Below, in pieces: positions 54,942-63,561 of a stretch of 64,000 nucleotides of DNA (positions are counted from its first letter, which is position 1; every line of letters begins with the position of its first letter). The translations under genes and the position numbers were made by a program. Source of the stretch: an uncultured Emergencia sp. (GTDB lineage Bacteria > Bacillota > Clostridia > Peptostreptococcales > Anaerovoracaceae); assembly GCA_937997955.1 (NCBI GenBank), contig CALLDR010000202.1, forward strand, positions 2,413 through 66,412, in the 5' to 3' direction. A model generated the notes under the pieces. That model saw only the letters and a program-made list of their open reading frames with translations, made no database searches and was not told the origin of the DNA.

Positions 54942-56054
54942 ATGATAATATCAAAGAACATTGCCAAGATGCCCCAGTCCACACCTTACGACATTAACTG
55001 CACCATCAGCTATTCGGCTCCGCTGGAACAGCTTTTTTGTTTGAATGCCCTTGTGGATCCCGAATCTCATCCCGACTGCAAATTCTGGGCAAAGGATCGA
55101 TTCTCTTATCTGTCAAAAGAACTGCAGGATGAAGTCATGTTCTTCGCCAAACACTATGCAAAATGGATCTTCGCAACAGATGTCGTCGAGCATCTTTCCG
55201 TTGGCCTGACTCCAGCTGAATGTACAATCGCGAATATCTCCAAATTAATCAAAGAAATGGACCCTATTGAATTTGCTTATATTTTTCTCGGCTTTTCCGC
55301 GTTTGACCACAGCAAAACCAGACTTGCCGACTGGTTTGCAGATCCAAAATCATTCAAACCCGAAGATCTGGGTGAACAGCGTTTTTTCCTGAAAACCGAG
55401 GATGTTATCTTCTTCTTTGAGAACAGCACTTCTATAAAGCATCGTCTTTCATGGGTCATGGAAGAATACTGGCATCAAAGTTTTCAGTATGATTGGGAAT
55501 ATATTGAGCCCTATATGCGTTCTTTTATCAATAAGGAATATTCTAAGGTTGCACAGAAAGGTGCATTTCAATATGTCAAAGAAATGCATCCCAATATAAC
55601 ATTTAAGGACGGATTCCTCACATTCCAGAAGGAACCTGATTTTTCTATAAACATCAAAAATATCAGTGAGGTCAGTATCAATCTGTCAGTGTTCATAGGT
55701 TCCTCTCTCGCCGTCAACATTATCGGCAGCAAGCTTTATCTGACAAAAAATCTCGGATTCCAGTCTGCCATCACTGCATCGCCCGTTCCTACAGACTTGG
55801 TTAATATCACAAAAGCCTGCAGTGATGAAACCCGGCTGAAAATGCTGAAGATATTTTGGAACGGACAGGCTACAACTCAAAGCCTGTCAGAAATCCTGCA
55901 TTTATCACCCAGCGCTATTTCTCTTCATATAAAACAACTGAAGGCAGCCAACCTCATTGACAGCTATAAAGACGGAAAATTTGTATATTACTATATCAAT
56001 GCTTCCGCGATTCAAGGGATACATCAAATTCTGATCAGCTATTTAAAGAAATAG
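54942..56054 (+). CDS. ArsR-type wHTH regulator with a large uncharacterised N-terminal domain (DUF5937-like architecture)
   Basis: The C-terminal 90 aa (ETRLKMLKIFWNGQATTQSLSEILHLSPSAISLHIKQLKAANLI) form an ArsR HTH. The roughly 270-aa N-terminal domain is unassigned. It is divergent from the transporter/reductase operon. Confidence 0.75.
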   Translation: MIISKNIAKMPQSTPYDINCTISYSAPLEQLFCLNALVDPESHPDCKFWAKDRFSYLSKELQDEVMFFAKHYAKWIFATDVVEHLSVGLTPAECTIANISKLIKEMDPIEFAYIFLGFSAFDHSKTRLADWFADPKSFKPEDLGEQRFFLKTEDVIFFFENSTSIKHRLSWVMEEYWHQSFQYDWEYIEPYMRSFINKEYSKVAQKGAFQYVKEMHPNITFKDGFLTFQKEPDFSINIKNISEVSINLSVFIGSSLAVNIIGSKLYLTKNLGFQSAITASPVPTDLVNITKACSDETRLKMLKIFWNGQATTQSLSEILHLSPSAISLHIKQLKAANLIDSYKDGKFVYYYINASAIQGIHQILISYLKK

Positions 56055-56222
56055 AAACGAAAAAAGGCGCTTCCCGGCTCATCTTTTGAAACCAGAAAAC
56101 ACCTTTTTTCAAGGATTTAAGTAGTATATATAAATTTGGTAACTGCACATAAAATTTCCCGCAGCCTGTTCCGCAGACAGACCAACCAGCCTGGCCCCAC
56201 GTCCCGGGCAATCTGCCAGCGC

Positions 56223-57137
56223 CTAAAAGATGCTCAGCTTCTGGCTTTTGCTCAAAGCCTCCAGCATACGGATGCCCGCTACGCTGTTTCCTTTTTTGTC
56301 CAGGGCCGGTGAATAGATGCCGATGCCCATGCGGCCCGGGCAGTCTGCCATGATGCCGCCGCCGACGCCGCTCTTTGCCGGAATACCTACCGTAGTAGCA
56401 AATTCGCCGCTGCCGTCGTACATGCCGCTGGTGGTCAGCACCGCGTTCATGAACACAGCGTCCTCTTCCGGAATCACCTGCTCGCCGGTGTGGATATTCT
56501 TTCCATGGTAGGCCAGAATCAAGGCCATTCTCGCCAGATCCTGACAGTTCACTTTGACAGAGCACATGGCGAAGTACACGTCCAGCAGTTCTTCCACGCT
56601 CCCGTAGATCATGCCGGAATTTTTCAGCAGATAAGCCAGCGCCCTGTTTTTGTTGCCGGTCTTCTTCTCGGAGGCATAGACCTCCTCGTCGATCTGCAGG
56701 CTGTCGTTTTCCGTGATCCTGCGGGTAAAATCCATCAGCCGCCGAAATCGTTCCTCGTTGTTCACGGCCTTGACCATGCCGCAGACAGCGATGGCTCCGA
56801 TGTTGACCATGGGATTGATATGTTCTTTCAGAAGCAGCGGCTCCGCGTAGTCGATGGCGTTGAACGGTTTTCCCGTCGCCTCCACGCCCACGTGGGCTTT
56901 CACGAAATCGATGCCGTTGTCCTTGGCGGCCAGCATCAGAAAGATGGTCTTGACGATGCTTTGAATGGTAAAGGTCTTCTCCCAGTCTCCCGCAGAAAAG
57001 TCCCCGTCCTTCGTCGCGACATAGATGCCGATCTCTTCCCGATTGGCTTTCGACAGCTCAGGAATGTAGCTGGCAACCTCGCCGTCAAGGGTGTGTCTCC
57101 GACAGTTTTCCAGAATTTCTTCAATGCAAGCCTGCAT
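56223..57137 (-). CDS. glsA: Glutaminase A
   Basis: 304 aa with YIPELSKA, the serine-beta-lactamase-like glutaminase fold (QSIVKT) and PAKSGVGGGI. Confidence 0.9.
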   Translation of the reverse strand: MQACIEEILENCRRHTLDGEVASYIPELSKANREEIGIYVATKDGDFSAGDWEKTFTIQSIVKTIFLMLAAKDNGIDFVKAHVGVEATGKPFNAIDYAEPLLLKEHINPMVNIGAIAVCGMVKAVNNEERFRRLMDFTRRITENDSLQIDEEVYASEKKTGNKNRALAYLLKNSGMIYGSVEELLDVYFAMCSVKVNCQDLARMALILAYHGKNIHTGEQVIPEEDAVFMNAVLTTSGMYDGSGEFATTVGIPAKSGVGGGIMADCPGRMGIGIYSPALDKKGNSVAGIRMLEALSKSQKLSIF

Positions 57138-57378
57138 AAGTCCAAGTCCGCTCCTCTCAACAATATTTCACCTCATCTAGTATACCATTGATTTTGAGAA
57201 TGTAAACCCCCAGTTTTTCTCACAGCAGGGCATACGCATGAAAAACAAGATTCCCACTCACGTAATTTAAAAGGTAAAGATCCAAACGCCACTTTTTGTT
57301 GGTTTTCAAAGTCGAAGTGGCGCCCGCCATCAAAGGACAGCCGTCAAAACGCCACGGCCATCAAAAACACGCCAACAG

Positions 57379-57409
57379 AAAAACGGGGCATACCTCGCCG
57401 CACGCCCCG
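57379..57409 (-). terminator. Putative terminator after the B3/4-domain gene
   Basis: The minus strand reads CGGGGC-14 nt-GCCCCG followed by TTTTT. Confidence 0.55.
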
Positions 57410-57429
57410 CCTCGCATTTCGATCAAAGA

Positions 57430-58134
57430 TTATTCAGCGTCGAAGACCCGGTTGTCCTTATCGATAAATCCAACCTTCGCATCTACGCCAAAGTATTTCT
57501 TAGCCAGCTCCGCCAGCTCCGCGGCAGCTTCCTCTACCTGCTCTTTGTTCAGATCGGTAAAGCCGTCGATCGGGAACAGCACATCGCTGGTCTCCTCGGT
57601 GATCTTGCCGATCTCGCTCTGTCTCCAGGTCCAGCGGCGGGTTCTCACCTCGTGGCCGGAAACGTAGACAACTTCCTTGTCCTCAGGCTTTTCCATTTCG
57701 CCGTTGCCAAACGGAATGAAGGTATCATCGGCATCTGCGTAACGAACTTCCAAGGCTTCGTCGATGGTCGCCATGTCGTGGGCGCCGATCGGCAGATGAT
57801 ATTTGATGGATACAGCATTTCCAAGGTCTACTACCGCGTTGATATGAGGAAAGCCTTTTCCCTTGGCGATACGGTCCAGCAGCGCTTCGATAGAGCACAT
57901 GTAACGGTTCGGGTTGATGCCGATGGCACGGAACGCTTCTCTGTACGGTACGATATCGTCGGCGTTCTTCACTTTGATGCCGTCAAAGTCCTTCTCGCAC
58001 TGGGTAATGTTCGCCTGCAGCATTTCTTCCAGTTCCGGGATTTCCTTGGTGTTGTCCATGCCTCTGACAGCGACGACGCCAAAGTACGCGTTTGGAAGAA
58101 GATCAAATACTTCTTTTGCGATTTCAAATTTCAT
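57430..58134 (-). CDS. B3/B4 tRNA-binding-domain protein (PheT B3/4-like, stand-alone)
   Basis: 234 aa. MKFEIAKEVFDLLPNAYFGVVAVRGMDN is typical of stand-alone B3_4 domain proteins. Confidence 0.75.
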   Translation of the reverse strand: MKFEIAKEVFDLLPNAYFGVVAVRGMDNTKEIPELEEMLQANITQCEKDFDGIKVKNADDIVPYREAFRAIGINPNRYMCSIEALLDRIAKGKGFPHINAVVDLGNAVSIKYHLPIGAHDMATIDEALEVRYADADDTFIPFGNGEMEKPEDKEVVYVSGHEVRTRRWTWRQSEIGKITEETSDVLFPIDGFTDLNKEQVEEAAAELAELAKKYFGVDAKVGFIDKDNRVFDAE

Positions 58135-58310
58135 AGGTTTGTCTCCTTTACATTTGTTTTCTGCTTTTGCCCTAATTACCTCCCGGCGAACCGTCCAGTC
58201 CCTCGCCGCAGGAGGCGGAAACCCTGTAAAGCATGTTTAGACGCCTCTTACTAACACATTATTTTACCACATAATCACACTGAAATGTAGCTTTTTTTTG
58301 CTTAGAAAAA

Positions 58311-58348
58311 GAAAAAACCCTGCAGTCCGTTCCTCGCGCTGACTGCAG
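58311..58348 (-). terminator. Rho-independent terminator of the rubredoxin gene
   Basis: The minus strand reads CTGCAGTC-13 nt-GACTGCAG followed by GGTTTTTTC. Confidence 0.75.
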
Positions 58349-58359
58349 AGTCCCATAGA

Positions 58360-58518
58360 TTAGTTTTCTTCGGAAAACATGTCTTTTCCAACGCCGCAAA
58401 GCGGGCATTCGAAATCATCTGGCAGGTCCTCAAACTTTGTGCCTGGCTTAATGCCTTTATCCGGGCAGCCTGCTGCTTCGTCATATTCCCAGCCGCAAGC
58501 GTCACATACGTATTTCAT
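58360..58518 (-). CDS. Rubredoxin (52 aa), absent from the ORF track (below the size cutoff)
   Basis: Hand translation gives [52 protein letters not shown], with CxxCG...CPxCG motifs. It has an RBS GGAAGGAGG, its own promoter and its own terminator. Confidence 0.92.
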   Translation of the reverse strand: MKYVCDACGWEYDEAAGCPDKGIKPGTKFEDLPDDFECPLCGVGKDMFSEEN

Positions 58519-58549
58519 TTCAGTTGCCTCCTTCCCTCATAATAACCCT

Positions 58550-58577
58550 ATTATATCAAACTGGTTTTTTTCGTCAA
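58550..58577 (-). promoter_or_regulatory. Sigma-70 promoter of rubredoxin
   Basis: The minus strand reads TTGACG-16 nt-(TGa)TATAAT. Confidence 0.7.
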
Positions 58578-58793
58578 TATGATTTGCAAAAAACTCTTAC
58601 TTGATTTTAACAGATATCGACGATGTTTTCACGATCGCGCAAATGCGGCTTCCATAGGAACGCCATAAATATAAACAGGACAAAAGCGGTTTCAGCTTTC
58701 CTGGAATTGCTTTTGTCATATTTCCTGCATCTTCCTGTCTTCTCTGAAACCGCTTCTGTCAAGGTATAAGCGTTTGTCTAAGTATGGGATTTT

Positions 58794-59720
58794 CTATCTT
58801 TCCACCTCAAATATGATTGATTTGGTTTCCGTATCCATCTTGCACACAGCGCCCATCGGCAGAGTGATCATCGGAAATCCATGACCGGACTGAACGTTGT
58901 ACATGACCGGAATATCCATATCCCCGATGGCGTCCAGCACCACGCGGGTCATGTCAAATCCCTCTTCGTCCACGTTACAGCGGGTGAACTGTCCCAGGAT
59001 AATGCCCTTCACCTGATCCAGCAGTCCGGCGTTCTTCAGCTGATATACATGTCTGTCCAGATTGCCGATGTGTTCTCCGATCTCTTCGATAAAGAGGATC
59101 TTCCCTTTGGTATCGATTTCATACGGCGTTCCCACCGACGCGCACAGCACCGTCAGATTGCCTCCGGTGATCTCACCTACAGCACAGCCCTCTCTGGCCA
59201 CGCCGATCGGAAACCCTTCCGGCGCGCAGTAGGCATAAGTCTTGTCTGCCGTCAGGCTCTCAAAAAAGCCCTGCTTTGTCTCATCGTCGAACTGATCTAC
59301 CACATTGGAAGAGATCATCGGCCCGTGAAAGGTCACTAAACCGCACTTCTGATTGAACAGAAGATGCAGGCTGGTGATATCACTGTATCCCTGGAAGATC
59401 TTCGGGTTATTTCTGACCACATCCAGGTCTATATATGGAATGATGCGATTGGCTCCATCGCCGCCTCTGATACAGAAGATGGCTTCGACCTCCGGATCCG
59501 CAAACATCCGGTTGATCCACTCGCCTCTTGCCTTCTCTTCGCCAGCCATGTAGCCGCCCTTGGATGCCGAAATATTATCCGCCTTCTTTATGCGAAAGCC
59601 CAGAGCCCTCATGGCCTTGCAGCATTGTTCCTGCCGTTCTTCCGATACGGGGGAGCTTGGGCTGACAAGGCCAATCACCGAGCCAGCCCTTAACTTTTCA
59701 GGATATTTCATGATATTCAC
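58794..59720 (-). CDS. ldcA: LD-carboxypeptidase (S66, muramoyl-tetrapeptide carboxypeptidase)
   Basis: 308 aa with LVSPSSPV, the nucleophile motif GYSDITSLH, and a C-terminal SGHGFP. Confidence 0.88.
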   Translation of the reverse strand: MNIMKYPEKLRAGSVIGLVSPSSPVSEERQEQCCKAMRALGFRIKKADNISASKGGYMAGEEKARGEWINRMFADPEVEAIFCIRGGDGANRIIPYIDLDVVRNNPKIFQGYSDITSLHLLFNQKCGLVTFHGPMISSNVVDQFDDETKQGFFESLTADKTYAYCAPEGFPIGVAREGCAVGEITGGNLTVLCASVGTPYEIDTKGKILFIEEIGEHIGNLDRHVYQLKNAGLLDQVKGIILGQFTRCNVDEEGFDMTRVVLDAIGDMDIPVMYNVQSGHGFPMITLPMGAVCKMDTETKSIIFEVER

Positions 59721-59752
59721 CTCTCAATTCTTTAGTTATTTTAACTATGTGT

Positions 59753-60292
59753 TTAATAACCCCACATAATATTGACAATTACCGCTGACATGATCAAAGA
59801 GAACAGGTCGCCAATGATGCCTGCAAACGGTGCCTGCCTTGCATTGGTGATGCCTACCGCTCCAAAGTATACAGCCAATACATAGAAAGTCGTTTCAGTG
59901 GAACCCATAGCTACAGATGCGATACGTCCGATCTGCGACTGTGTTCCATAGGTCTCCAGCAGTTCAGCCAGCATACCCTGCGCGCCGCCGCCAGACAGAG
60001 ACCGCATGATACCCATCGGCAGAACTTCGCCAGGAAGACCTACAATATGAGTAATAGGATCCAAAATAGATACCAACCAGTCCATTCCGCCGGATGCTCG
60101 GAACATACCGATGGCGCATAGCATAGCTACCAGATAAGGGATAATCATAACACCTGTGGTGAAACCCTCCTTTGCTCCTTCAGTAAAGGAACTGTATACT
60201 GGAACCTTTCTGACGAACAATGCATAAACAGCCACAACCATGACCAATACAGGAATGGCGTATAAGGAAATAAAATTTAATACCGCTGCCAA
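59753..60292 (-). CDS. spmB: Spore maturation protein B-like nucleoside-recognition (Gate) membrane protein
   Basis: 179 aa polytopic protein that directly abuts the spmA-like gene. Confidence 0.75.
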   Translation of the reverse strand: MAAVLNFISLYAIPVLVMVVAVYALFVRKVPVYSSFTEGAKEGFTTGVMIIPYLVAMLCAIGMFRASGGMDWLVSILDPITHIVGLPGEVLPMGIMRSLSGGGAQGMLAELLETYGTQSQIGRIASVAMGSTETTFYVLAVYFGAVGITNARQAPFAGIIGDLFSLIMSAVIVNIMWGY

Positions 60293-60988
60293 TTAAATCG
60301 CCTCCTTTACATCTGCTGTGCTTGGGATCAGTGGATCGTCGCCAATATATTCTTCGTTGATCTGCAAGCGGCCAGCCGCTCTGTCTTTTTCTACCAGATA
60401 GTCATACCGGAAGATCTTGATCTTACCCAGCAGTTTTGTGGAGATAATGCAGACAAGGGCCGCAACTAAAGTTGTCAAAATTACAGGGCCGACAATCTCA
60501 GCCGCGCCAGCAGTTTCAACAGCGCTTCTCGTTGCGATGATGTTGGATGGGATTATGCAGATAGATCCAGTGGAAATTGCCATAACCATACACTGATCAT
60601 CTGTTGCGATGTTCTTGGTTTTGTTCAAAGTCTGCAGCTCCTGCATAGCTTTGATACCCAACGGTGTGCAAGCGTTGCCCAAACCCAAAATACTAGCAGC
60701 CATATACATGACAATAGCAGAGTTTGCTGGATGATCCTTTGGTACATTCGGGAACATGAATCTCAGCAAAGGCGCCAAAACCTTGCTCAGCTTCTCACAG
60801 AGACCTGCGTCTTCCATAACTTTCATCAGACCACAGAAAAAAGCCATAGAGCCAATGAGCCCGATAGCCAGTTCAACGGCAGTATCTGCAAATGCGAACA
60901 AATTGTCCTGCACGTCCTGGATAGTGCCGGTAAAGATTCCGGCAAGTACTGCGACAGCAACCAGTACTACCCAGATATAATTCATCAT
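60293..60988 (-). CDS. spmA: Spore maturation protein A-like nucleoside-recognition (Gate) membrane protein
   Basis: MMNYIWVVLVAVAVLAGIFTG...GLMKVMEDAGL...GLGNACTPLGIKAM resembles B. subtilis SpmA. Confidence 0.75.
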   Translation of the reverse strand: MMNYIWVVLVAVAVLAGIFTGTIQDVQDNLFAFADTAVELAIGLIGSMAFFCGLMKVMEDAGLCEKLSKVLAPLLRFMFPNVPKDHPANSAIVMYMAASILGLGNACTPLGIKAMQELQTLNKTKNIATDDQCMVMAISTGSICIIPSNIIATRSAVETAGAAEIVGPVILTTLVAALVCIISTKLLGKIKIFRYDYLVEKDRAAGRLQINEEYIGDDPLIPSTADVKEAI

Positions 60989-61048
60989 AAAAAACCACCT
61001 CCATTTTAGTTATATTGATGAATTGGAATAGATTACGTCCATAAATAT

Positions 61049-61064
61049 TGCAATTTTTGTGCCA
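61049..61064 (-). promoter_or_regulatory. Sigma-54 (-24/-12) promoter P2, exact consensus
   Basis: The minus strand reads TGGCAC-aaaaa-TTGCA. The -12 GC is about 62 nt upstream of the spmA start codon, in an intergenic region and in the correct orientation. Confidence 0.7.
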
Positions 61065-61121
61065 AAGAAAAAAAATAAAAAAAGCCGCATGTTGGCTTAG
61101 AATCTTCCTAAAAAAATCGTA

Positions 61122-61130
61122 CCCCCCCCC
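61122..61130. repeat. Homopolymeric C9/G9 tract
   Basis: ACCCCCCCCCAG read directly from the sequence. It lies 58-66 nt upstream of the -24 element of P2, in the divergent intergenic region. Confidence 0.9.
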
Positions 61131-61324
61131 AGTAAATTGGATTTAATATTTTTCATCCGATTTCATCCTTTTATTTCGTGGCTTTTTTGATGCCGTTCTC
61201 GCTATTACAAAAGTTCTGCCGCATTCATGTCAAAATGTTTCGGTTGTGCCGCCGAAAAAATTGTGCTATACTTACTTCTAAACTTATTTACCATATCCCA
61301 CTATTGAGACAGGAGTATACAAAA

Positions 61325-61927
61325 ATGAAAAAAATCCCCTATACTTTCAGCACAAAGTCCAAGCAGATCTTCTATTTTACCATCATGGCCTACTTCCTGC
61401 TGAGACTGGTCGTTATCGTTGAAATAAAGCTGTTTCGTCTGGATGGCTACGAAGTTTATCTGGGGCCGAGCCTGCTGTACTATCTCCTGATCTTTGCCGC
61501 CGTGACGTTTCTCTTCTTTGGTTACAAGCTTTTCTTCACAATGTACGACGACAAGTCCGTCACATATTATAATCAGATTACAAGAAAGTCCTATTCCATC
61601 CAGCTGTCAGACGTCCATTTCGCGCGTCTGGACACCCGCGGGATTCATCTGTATCGCGAAGCAGACCCACAGCCAGACGCTAAGGCAGATTTGTTCATTC
61701 CTTTTTTCCGTATGGGCGTTATTCGCGCGATTCCCGTCGACGGCTTTTTCCAACAGTTGATTGCTGCGCCACAGATACGAATTCAGAAGACGTTCAAGGT
61801 TCTTCCAGGATATACGAAGAAGTGGCAGTTGGTATCCATCATCTATGCATTTCTTGCAATCTGTATGCTGTTAGTCTGTATGACTCCACTATACACCGTC
61901 ATTGTCCTCTACCAAAGTCTCTCATAA
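61325..61927 (+). CDS. Hypothetical membrane protein (2 N-terminal TM, soluble domain, C-terminal TM)
   Basis: The start is set at ATG 61325, which follows AGGAG. No recognisable family. Confidence 0.6.
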   Translation: MKKIPYTFSTKSKQIFYFTIMAYFLLRLVVIVEIKLFRLDGYEVYLGPSLLYYLLIFAAVTFLFFGYKLFFTMYDDKSVTYYNQITRKSYSIQLSDVHFARLDTRGIHLYREADPQPDAKADLFIPFFRMGVIRAIPVDGFFQQLIAAPQIRIQKTFKVLPGYTKKWQLVSIIYAFLAICMLLVCMTPLYTVIVLYQSLS

Positions 61928-61985
61928 GATTTGCATGATTCTTGCATGTCTATATTCATATAGAGTATAAGGAGGGACACAATTT

Positions 61986-62450
61986 ATGAACAAGAAATTT
62001 CCAATGACGAACTACAGAGGCATGGCCTATCTTTTGATTCTGACCTGCCTTTTGTTGGGGCTGACAAGCCTGTTTTCCGTTTTTCTATTTTCCGGGCAAG
62101 GCACGCTTTGGCTCATCCCCACTGCTATTTGCTTCTTCCTCTTCATCGTTGCAATTATGGGATTTTTGACCACTATCTCTATTGGCATTGATGTAAAGGA
62201 CGGCGTAATTTGGCTTCCAGACCCGAATATGCCAAGGCGCAGTCTTCCTGTCTTTGAGCTGAATAAGCTGGCAGATGTCCACCTGGAAAATCAAGACGGG
62301 GAGATCGTTGCCACAGATGCTGAAGATTATACTGGCTGTCGTATCATTTTCACCTTAGATGACGGCGAAACCCACCAGTATTATCCAATGATTTTAAACA
62401 AGCGGCAATACAAACGGCTTCACGACGCTCTCACCGAGAGCCTGGCCTGA
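61986..62450 (+). CDS. Hypothetical membrane protein (2 TM + small soluble domain)
   Basis: RBS AAGGAGGG. Its architecture is similar to the preceding gene. Confidence 0.6.
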   Translation: MNKKFPMTNYRGMAYLLILTCLLLGLTSLFSVFLFSGQGTLWLIPTAICFFLFIVAIMGFLTTISIGIDVKDGVIWLPDPNMPRRSLPVFELNKLADVHLENQDGEIVATDAEDYTGCRIIFTLDDGETHQYYPMILNKRQYKRLHDALTESLA

Positions 62451-62507
62451 CAACTTTGATGACAACTTTGAAATTATATCAAGAACTGAATAAAAACAAC
62501 AGAAGAA

Positions 62508-62548
62508 GACCCGGCTTCATGCTGTTACGCATCCTGCCGGGTCTTTTC
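62508..62548. terminator. Bidirectional terminator between convergent genes
   Basis: GACCCGGC-20 nt-GCCGGGTC with T-rich tracts on both strands. Confidence 0.65.
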
Positions 62549-62570
62549 ACATGTTTAATATGCCTGTATC

Positions 62571-63521
62571 CTATTTCCCAAACACGTCTTTCATCACGCG
62601 AAGGGCGTTCTGGCTGCAGATCTTGTCGATCTCATCATCGGTGAAAACGCCTTCCATCTTCTCCAGAATTTTGATGTAGCCTTCGTAATTCTCGATCTCC
62701 CCTGCGTCGTCGATGCCGTCAAAATCAGAGCCCAGACCGACGCTCTCAATGCCTGCTTTGCTTACCATATACTGCATATGTTGGATCACCTGGTCGATCT
62801 CCGCGTACTCCGAGTCCTCCTTCAGGAAAAACGGCGCAAAATTGACGCCGACCATACCGCCTTTGTTGCCCAAGGTCTGCAGCTGATGGTCCGTCAGGTT
62901 TCTGCGGTGATTGCACAGGGCTCTCGCGCAGGAATGGCTCGCCACAAAAGGCGTTTTGCTGTGCTGTGCCACGTCGTAAAAGCCTCCCTCGGACAGATGG
63001 GAAACGTCGACGATCATGCCCAGCTGGTTCATCAGCTCTACAGCCTCGATGCCCATGGGCTTCAGTCCCCGGTTGTGTTCCTGGCGGATATCGCTGGACG
63101 GATAACCCAGCGAATTCTCAAAATTCCAGAGCAGGGTGATCAGTCTGACCCCTTTGTCATAGACCTCCTGGATACGCTCGATGTGGTCCTCTACGAACAC
63201 GCCGTCCTCGATGGTCAGGATAGAGGATATCCTGCCCTCCGCCTGATTCTTCATCACGTCCTCACAGCAATACGCCGGCCGGACGATATCAGAATTCTGC
63301 TCCATCTGCTTCAGATACAGCTGGTACATCTCCTCAAACAGGCTGTACGGCCCGTTTTCTTCGATTTCCGGACGCATCAGATAGATGGCGAAGAACTGGG
63401 CGAGAGCCCCGGCCTTCTGCATCATCTGCAGGTTCAGATGGCCTTTTCTGTCCAAAAGATTCTCTTCCCGGTTGTAATAATGACTCATGATCGTGTCACA
63501 GTGCATATCGATAATTTTCAT
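62571..63521 (-). CDS. M19-family membrane (renal-type) dipeptidase
   Basis: MKIIDMHCDT (HxD metal site), VDVSH and GLGSDFDG motifs; 316 aa. Confidence 0.9.
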   Translation of the reverse strand: MKIIDMHCDTIMSHYYNREENLLDRKGHLNLQMMQKAGALAQFFAIYLMRPEIEENGPYSLFEEMYQLYLKQMEQNSDIVRPAYCCEDVMKNQAEGRISSILTIEDGVFVEDHIERIQEVYDKGVRLITLLWNFENSLGYPSSDIRQEHNRGLKPMGIEAVELMNQLGMIVDVSHLSEGGFYDVAQHSKTPFVASHSCARALCNHRRNLTDHQLQTLGNKGGMVGVNFAPFFLKEDSEYAEIDQVIQHMQYMVSKAGIESVGLGSDFDGIDDAGEIENYEGYIKILEKMEGVFTDDEIDKICSQNALRVMKDVFGK

Positions 63522-63561
63522 GGTTTTGCTCCTCTCGTCTGTCGTTTACAAAGAAAATATA

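Noticed and set aside
58302-58505. A 67-aa minus-strand ORF from the track.
   Set aside because: It overlaps, in a different frame, a textbook rubredoxin gene (58360..58518) that has its own RBS, promoter and terminator. The 67-aa product has no recognisable features.
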